The notes below the pieces were generated by a model. It saw only the letters and a list, made by a program, of their open reading frames with translations, did no database searches and was not told the DNA's origin. 60,090 bases of DNA from a virus (taxonomy: Duplodnaviria; Caudoviricetes): positions 1-60,090 of IMG/VR virus record IMGVR_UViG_3300042486_000250. One strand, given 5' to 3'. Within the stretch, counting starts at the first letter, position 1. Each line of letters opens with the position of its first letter. Shown piece after piece: positions 55,691 through 60,090 of the stretch. The translations under genes and the position numbers were made by a program.

Positions 55691-55974
55691 TTGTTGTTCT
55701 CCTTGTTGATGGTTTCAATTTGTTTGATGGTGAGTTGGTTGTCCATGTCAATGATGGAGTAACGAATCTTCCATCCTTGCTTCTCAATGTGACGCATGCG
55801 CTTGTCCATGGCGTCAACGCTCACGGAGTTACCGAAGCGTTTCCATGGCTCACTCGCATCCTTGCGCCAGTACGAGACGACACGCTTCGCATGGCGCCCC
55901 GTGGTCACACCCTTGAACGGCTGTAGGACGCCGTCAGGGTCAGTGAAGGTCGGGTATGTCTCAAGTGTTGTCAT
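55687..55974 (-). CDS. early hypothetical protein
   Basis: AAGGAGG RBS. Confidence 0.6.
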   Translation of the reverse strand: MTTLETYPTFTDPDGVLQPFKGVTTGRHAKRVVSYWRKDASEPWKRFGNSVSVDAMDKRMRHIEKQGWKIRYSIIDMDNQLTIKQIETINKENNK

Positions 55975-55984
55975 TGGCGCCTCC

Positions 55985-56530
55985 TTAAGCGTTGACTTCT
56001 GATGGTTGCAATTTGTTGATGACCGCCTCAAGCAGGAGGTTCATCCAGTACTTGTCACTGAAGTGATGTGGCTTGACCTCAAAGGACTCACCAAGGAATG
56101 CGCTGAGGGTTGACACCTTGCGCTCCAGTTCGTTGTGCTCTGCCAACTGGCGCTGAATGAGGCGCTCAGTCTTCAGCAACTCGTACTGGAGGAAGTTGTC
56201 CATGGTCAGCGGTACAGCCTTGCCCAACTCATCGTCATAGCGATGCACAGGGTTCGCAATCTGACTGGGCAAGAACGACTCGGTGTAGGTGCTATCCACG
56301 ATGCGGTCAGGCTGTGCTGGGATCAATTCGCCTTCATAACCAGTGCGCTCGTCCTGAGCCTTCTTGAAGAAGACACGGACAACGGTCACCGTCTTCAGGG
56401 TCTTGCGCTGTGAGCCGTAGGTACGGCGCTCACCGAATCCAGTGATGCGGTAGTAACCGTTGTGGTTGTTGACCTCAAACAGCGTGTTCGGGTCATTCGC
56501 TACAGCGAGGGTGATGTCTAGAAGTTTCAT
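55985..56530 (-). CDS. early hypothetical protein
   Basis: 181 aa, AAGGAG RBS. Confidence 0.6.
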   Translation of the reverse strand: MKLLDITLAVANDPNTLFEVNNHNGYYRITGFGERRTYGSQRKTLKTVTVVRVFFKKAQDERTGYEGELIPAQPDRIVDSTYTESFLPSQIANPVHRYDDELGKAVPLTMDNFLQYELLKTERLIQRQLAEHNELERKVSTLSAFLGESFEVKPHHFSDKYWMNLLLEAVINKLQPSEVNA

Positions 56531-56550
56531 TGGTGCTCCTTGTTGATAGT

Positions 56551-56628
56551 GGGCGATTGCCCTCAGAAGACACCGACCGAAGCCAGTGTCCTCTGAGGAC
56601 ACCACAGGCTGGGGGAGCCTGTGATGCC
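56551..56628 (-). promoter_or_regulatory. three-helix intergenic RNA element, copy 3
   Basis: H1 ggcatcacaggct/agcctgtggtgtc; H2 tgtcctcagaggacactggc-TTCG-gtcggtgtcttctgagggca; H3 gggc-aatc-gccc. Confidence 0.8.
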
Positions 56629-56639
56629 TTGGGGGTCAG

Positions 56640-56810
56640 TTACAGATGCACAGTGATGGCTCGGTCAACCTCCCCGATTTCCCAGTGGTGGTTGTTCGTC
56701 TCTTCAGGGTCAAAGTCACCAGCGATGGCGATTGCCTCCTCCTGTGACTCAGCCTCCACCACTGCGGTGTATGTCTGCCCGATGATTACTTGAACTTCGT
56801 ATTTTGCCAT
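56640..56810 (-). CDS. small early protein (VEAES.EEA-type)
   Basis: MAKYEVQV...VVEAESQEEAIAIA; AAGGAGG RBS. Confidence 0.6.
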   Translation of the reverse strand: MAKYEVQVIIGQTYTAVVEAESQEEAIAIAGDFDPEETNNHHWEIGEVDRAITVHL

Positions 56811-56823
56811 TGTGTGTGCCTCC

Positions 56824-57177
56824 TTAGGCGTTGGTTGATTTTGGTGAGCAGGAACCGTCAGCGCATGAGTCGCAGACCACAGCGTGGTCGTACACCTCAA
56901 AGTATTTGTCGCTCTCGTAGATGTCGTAACCCTTCTGACGAAGTCGGTGTGCGACCTCGGTGTAGTCGGGGTCACCCTCGTCCTCGTCAACGAGCAAGTC
57001 CAGCAGGTGGACGCCCGTCTCCTGACCGAAGTAGATGAGGACTCGGTTGTGCCACTTGTAGCGAGCAGGTTGCTCGTGAGGCATCTCGTCCTCAAAGTCA
57101 GCGCAGAGAATCCAGTCGGACACTTCAGGCTGAACCTCGTGGTAGTTGCCATTTCGGTAGATGCGCTCAATGCTCAT
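56824..57177 (-). CDS. acidic early protein
   Basis: ATGA coupling; 117 aa. Confidence 0.6.
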   Translation of the reverse strand: MSIERIYRNGNYHEVQPEVSDWILCADFEDEMPHEQPARYKWHNRVLIYFGQETGVHLLDLLVDEDEGDPDYTEVAHRLRQKGYDIYESDKYFEVYDHAVVCDSCADGSCSPKSTNA

Positions 57178-57443
57178 TGGGTTACTTCTTTCTTGTTGTT
57201 GATTGCTGTGAGCCACTCGGTCTCGGTCACTGTCTGACCGTTCACGATGTAAAAGGCGTTGGTGACTTGACCGTCAATGACAGGCGCCAGTTGGTAGACA
57301 TGGGCGTTGTTCTCTTCCTCCATGTGCTGGGCAATCCATTGCTCGGCAAGGAATGCGTTGTCATGGTAGGTAGTGACTTGTGCTGTGCAGTCACCCTTGC
57401 GGATGCCAGCCACTCTGACTCGTGTTTCTGTTGGTGTTTCCAT
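57174..57443 (-). CDS. early hypothetical protein
   Basis: AAGGAG RBS; 89 aa. Confidence 0.6.
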   Translation of the reverse strand: METPTETRVRVAGIRKGDCTAQVTTYHDNAFLAEQWIAQHMEEENNAHVYQLAPVIDGQVTNAFYIVNGQTVTETEWLTAINNKKEVTQ

Positions 57444-57462
57444 TGTTGTTCTCCTTGGTTGT

Positions 57463-58005
57463 TCAGAATGGGTAGAGGTCATCGTTGACCCAGTAGCGGT
57501 TGTTCGGAATCTGTGGCTGAGCGTTGCTGTCGCCACGCTGACGCAGTCGCATCGTGACGCAGGCGTCCACCAGTTCTCGGTATGCCTGCTCAGTGGTCGG
57601 TACGAATGGAATCTCTTGGCGATACTCAAGGTCTCCAGCATTCAGCAACCACAGTGGCAACTCCAAACGACCATTGTGTTCTGCCCAGTGCCACAAGGCA
57701 TCCCAGCCCTGCGATGAGCCGATTGGCATCTCGCCACCCTTGTTGTCACCGTCACACCAGTTCGCACTGTCACCGACCCACACTGACAAGCCCCTGCCCT
57801 TCTTGTCGGTCACAAGAATCGGCAACGCAGTGCCTGCCCACTTGCGGTCAATGTTGGCGTCAAGGCGAGCGCAGTACTTCTCAAACTTCTCGCTCGGTGA
57901 CCATGAGTACTTGTATCGGAACTCAACGACACCGATGTCACCGAAGACATCGGACAGTCCCTTGATTCTCTTGGTCTTCGTAATTGCGTATTGGTAAACG
58001 CCCAT
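57463..58005 (-). CDS. early hypothetical protein
   Basis: 180 aa; AAGGAG RBS. Confidence 0.6.
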   Translation of the reverse strand: MGVYQYAITKTKRIKGLSDVFGDIGVVEFRYKYSWSPSEKFEKYCARLDANIDRKWAGTALPILVTDKKGRGLSVWVGDSANWCDGDNKGGEMPIGSSQGWDALWHWAEHNGRLELPLWLLNAGDLEYRQEIPFVPTTEQAYRELVDACVTMRLRQRGDSNAQPQIPNNRYWVNDDLYPF

Positions 58006-58024
58006 TGTGATTCTCCTTTGTTGT

Positions 58025-58098
58025 GGACAATGTCCTCACCATGCACCGACCGAAGCCGATGCACAGTGAGGACACCAGCGCCGTGAGGCGCTGATGCC
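58025..58098 (-). promoter_or_regulatory. three-helix intergenic RNA element, copy 2
   Basis: H1 ggcatcagcgcc/ggcgctggtgtc; H2 tgtcctcactgtgcatcggc-TTCG-gtcggtgcatggtgaggaca; H3 ggac-att-gtcc. Confidence 0.8.
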
Positions 58099-58121
58099 GT
58101 TTTGATCAATTTGTGTGTGTG

Positions 58122-58583
58122 TTACGAAGCGAGGTAGTCAACCTCGTACTTCGCAAGGTGGCGCTTGATGGTTGCCGTTGACCATTCGGTCATACCAGCA
58201 ACAGGCTCAGCATTCTCACGCTTTACAAGACGCAAGAAGTACTGCACCCAACTGGTATCGGACTCATCGGACACATTGACTCGCAAGCCCATCGCACTCT
58301 TGATGTGCTCAGGGCTGAGTCGTTCTTCAATGACCTTTTCGCCATCCCACACTCGTGAGAATGAACCGCCGACCATCGCTTCAAGGTAAAGCGACAGGCG
58401 AGCGAACACCTTGTGGGCGTTCTTCTCAGAGATGCGACCCTGCTGGACAATCATCATGCTGAACATGAGGTCACCAATAGGGAAGCGTGGGTAGCCGTTG
58501 GAGTCAGTGAAGTCGCCATCAGGTGTGGTGGCGAGGAACTCTTTATAAACGGGGGTGTTTCCCCAGTCAACATTAAGTGCCAT
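58122..58583 (-). CDS. first protein-coding gene of the early operon (hypothetical)
   Basis: AAAGGAG RBS before ATG 58583; 153 aa. Confidence 0.65.
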   Translation of the reverse strand: MALNVDWGNTPVYKEFLATTPDGDFTDSNGYPRFPIGDLMFSMMIVQQGRISEKNAHKVFARLSLYLEAMVGGSFSRVWDGEKVIEERLSPEHIKSAMGLRVNVSDESDTSWVQYFLRLVKRENAEPVAGMTEWSTATIKRHLAKYEVDYLAS

Positions 58584-58605
58584 TGTGTGGTGCTCCTTTG
58601 GTAGA

Positions 58606-58778
58606 GGGAACGGATTGTCCGTCCCCAGCACCCATCAAACGAGTTGTTGCCAGACTCTGGCGTTCAATTACTTGCCTCCCAAGTGATGCGCCAGTTACTG
58701 GCAACAACTCTCATGGGGGAGGCTTCCATGCTGATGAATGCTGGGCACGGAGCCGAGGGGCTTATGCCCCCCGACACC
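58606..58778 (-). promoter_or_regulatory. three-helix intergenic RNA element, copy 1 (expanded H2 with branched apex)
   Basis: H1 ggtgtcggggggc/gcccctcggctcc; H2 tccgtgcccagcattcatcag/ttgatgggtgctggggacgga enclosing a 13-bp gagttgttgccag helix; H3 gggacgga-caa-tccgttcc. Confidence 0.7.
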
Positions 58779-58779
58779 G

Positions 58780-59642
58780 TTGCATGACCTGACCGCATCA
58801 CCATGTGGGGGCTTTCCAATGACTTAGAGCCACAGCCAGCGCAAGCACTGACTGTTTTATCCCGATGATGCGGTATGCGAATCGTTTCCCCGTCATGGGT
58901 GAAGTTTGGCGCCAAACACTTTCGGTGTTTCAGTAACGCCAATTCATCTGTGTAGGTCACAGTGTTGCCACTGTCCGTTGGTAGTTAGTCCATAAAGCGA
59001 CAATGTGTCGCACCGCTGAAGCCATCGCACCCTCGCACTCGTAACTGATTCGCCTACACCATTGCCTGTCCTGCAAAGGCTCCTTGGAGCAAGTGACCCA
59101 CTAAGGGGTCAACGACCCACTATGGGGTCAACACAATGCAGTGTCAGCGTTGGACTGGGCGTCAGTGGGTCATCTCGCAGTATCCGCACCATGTCGCCCG
59201 TAATCTCCGCACCGTGAGGTGAGAAGAATGCGAGCGCCAAATAGGTATGTGAGGACTTACGAGAGCCGAACGAATGCCAAATGAATCTTCTGATTCGCAT
59301 ATCTCTTGTAGATAGTTCGCCCAACTTCTTACTAACTCATGTCCAGCAGGAAAGGCTTCGCAGGCTTGCGCCTCCACCATTCCTGCCTGTGCGCTTGGCG
59401 CATCTGAGTGTCTCCCAGCGAATGCGAGCCATGGGCTCTGCTGAGGAAGAACATCTTCGGAACTATCTGAAATTGTCAAGGGACGAACTGGATTCCATGA
59501 ACCGTGGAGGCAACTGAATCTGAACTGCAATGCCCAAGGACTTAGGGCAGGACAGGAACAGGGCGCTATGGGAGTGGGCAAAGCCCAGCCATCAAGAACA
59601 CGGCGGAATCTTCAGTTGGAAAAGAGCGCCCCGAAGGGCACA
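58780..59642 (-). ncRNA. candidate large structured non-coding RNA / giant 5' leader
   Basis: No ORF with this operon's RBS signature; many hairpins; long-range helices 59065-59074/59547-59556, 59310-59318/59460-59468, 58792-58800/58866-58874. Confidence 0.65.
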
Positions 59643-59647
59643 GCAAA

Positions 59648-59703
59648 AGTCTCCCACAAGGGGGGGGTGGTGTGTCAATAGTTTTCAAACAATTTTTCTG
59701 ATT
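59648..59703 (-). promoter_or_regulatory. probable early promoter: AT-rich UP element, TTGACA, weak extended -10 (TGgGAGACT)
   Basis: TTGACA at 59678-59673 after AAAAATTGTTTGAAAACTA; the -10 is non-consensus with a 19-nt spacer. Confidence 0.45.
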
Positions 59704-60090
59704 TCTTTTGAGCCATATGTGGCAAGGGTCTGAGGGACAGAGGGCGCTGGAAAGGGCGCCCAAACCGTTCCTACGGGCTCTGAATGCCATGGAGGGAGAC
59801 AGGGAAGGGAGGGGGGGGGAGAGGGGCTGAGAGGGGCTCTGAGGTGGCAATGGGGGGAGTGTGGGTGATGTGGCTGGAATAGGTCAATTTTGATCAATTG
59901 TTGAGTGATTGCTGGGGAAATGGGAAACATTGGTCAGTGGGGTGGGGTGGGGTCATGTGAAGTTGCCCCCCTCGCCCTCTCGTGTGTGCCCCCGATTCCA
60001 TAGCCCCAGCCGTAGTGCATGACCATGCAGTCATTTATGCATAAAAAGTGATCAATTTTGGTGATTTCCCTTACGCCACAAGGGTTTCCG

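Noticed and set aside
58620-58750. Hammerhead ribozyme (CTGATGA at 58731 beside a three-way junction on the plus strand)
   Set aside because: No GAAA core (CAAAC instead) and no proper NUH site. CTGATGA is better explained as one strand of a minus-strand helix.
50121-58778. Repeated hairpins as a CRISPR mini-array linked to the Cas4-like gene, or as integron attC sites
   Set aside because: Copies are kilobases apart, not sequence-identical, and separated by several genes. There is no cas operon or integrase. Solo Cas4-like nucleases are common in phages.
50121-58778. The same hairpins as ordinary intrinsic terminators
   Set aside because: No U-tract on the coding strand and no promoter before the following RBS. 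U-less actinobacterial terminators cannot be fully excluded.
58664-59930. Short ORFs in the track (58664-58960, 59109-59324, 59162-59581, 59281-59517, 59530-59733 and others)
   Set aside because: They lack the AAGGAG RBS used throughout the operon, overlap on both strands, and have atypical composition.
1-60090. tRNA genes, DGR/retron, integrase, alternative genetic code
   Set aside because: No cloverleaf with T-loop consensus, reverse transcriptase or recombinase motif was recognised by eye. Genes are intact in code 11 with all three stop codons used.

Overview
A 60-kb segment of a tailed dsDNA phage with a contractile tail. Two WhiB genes and an Rpf-type transglycosylase point to an Actinomycetota host (inference). 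Plus strand 1-19.6 kb: end of the scaffold gene, major capsid, an S74-chaperoned fibre, neck, sheath, tube, tail chaperone, tape measure with an M15-type peptidase, baseplate and holin. Minus strand 19.6-20.7 kb: Dps plus three small basic proteins. Plus strand 20.8-35.2 kb: replication and recombination (HTH initiator with internal iterons, DnaC-like loader, DnaB, primase, SNF2 helicase, SSB, PolA, RecA, two resolvases, Cas4-like nuclease). Plus strand 35.2-45.8 kb: SpoVS, about 15 small disordered proteins, nucleotide-handling enzymes, WhiB and Rpf. Minus strand 45.9-58.6 kb: a GC-richer early/host-takeover operon of about 30 mostly small genes. The most striking signals are non-coding. (i) A roughly 0.9-1 kb, highly base-paired RNA with long-range helices heads the early operon behind a TTGACA promoter and a boxB/boxA-like site. 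(ii) Six intergenic copies of a three-helix RNA element with mutually exclusive pairings, conserved in structure rather than sequence, each sit just before a ribosome-binding site and look like programmed mRNA processing/stabilisation sites. No terminase, portal, tRNA, CRISPR array, integrase or reverse transcriptase was recognised. All protein calls come from motif recognition by eye, not from database searches.
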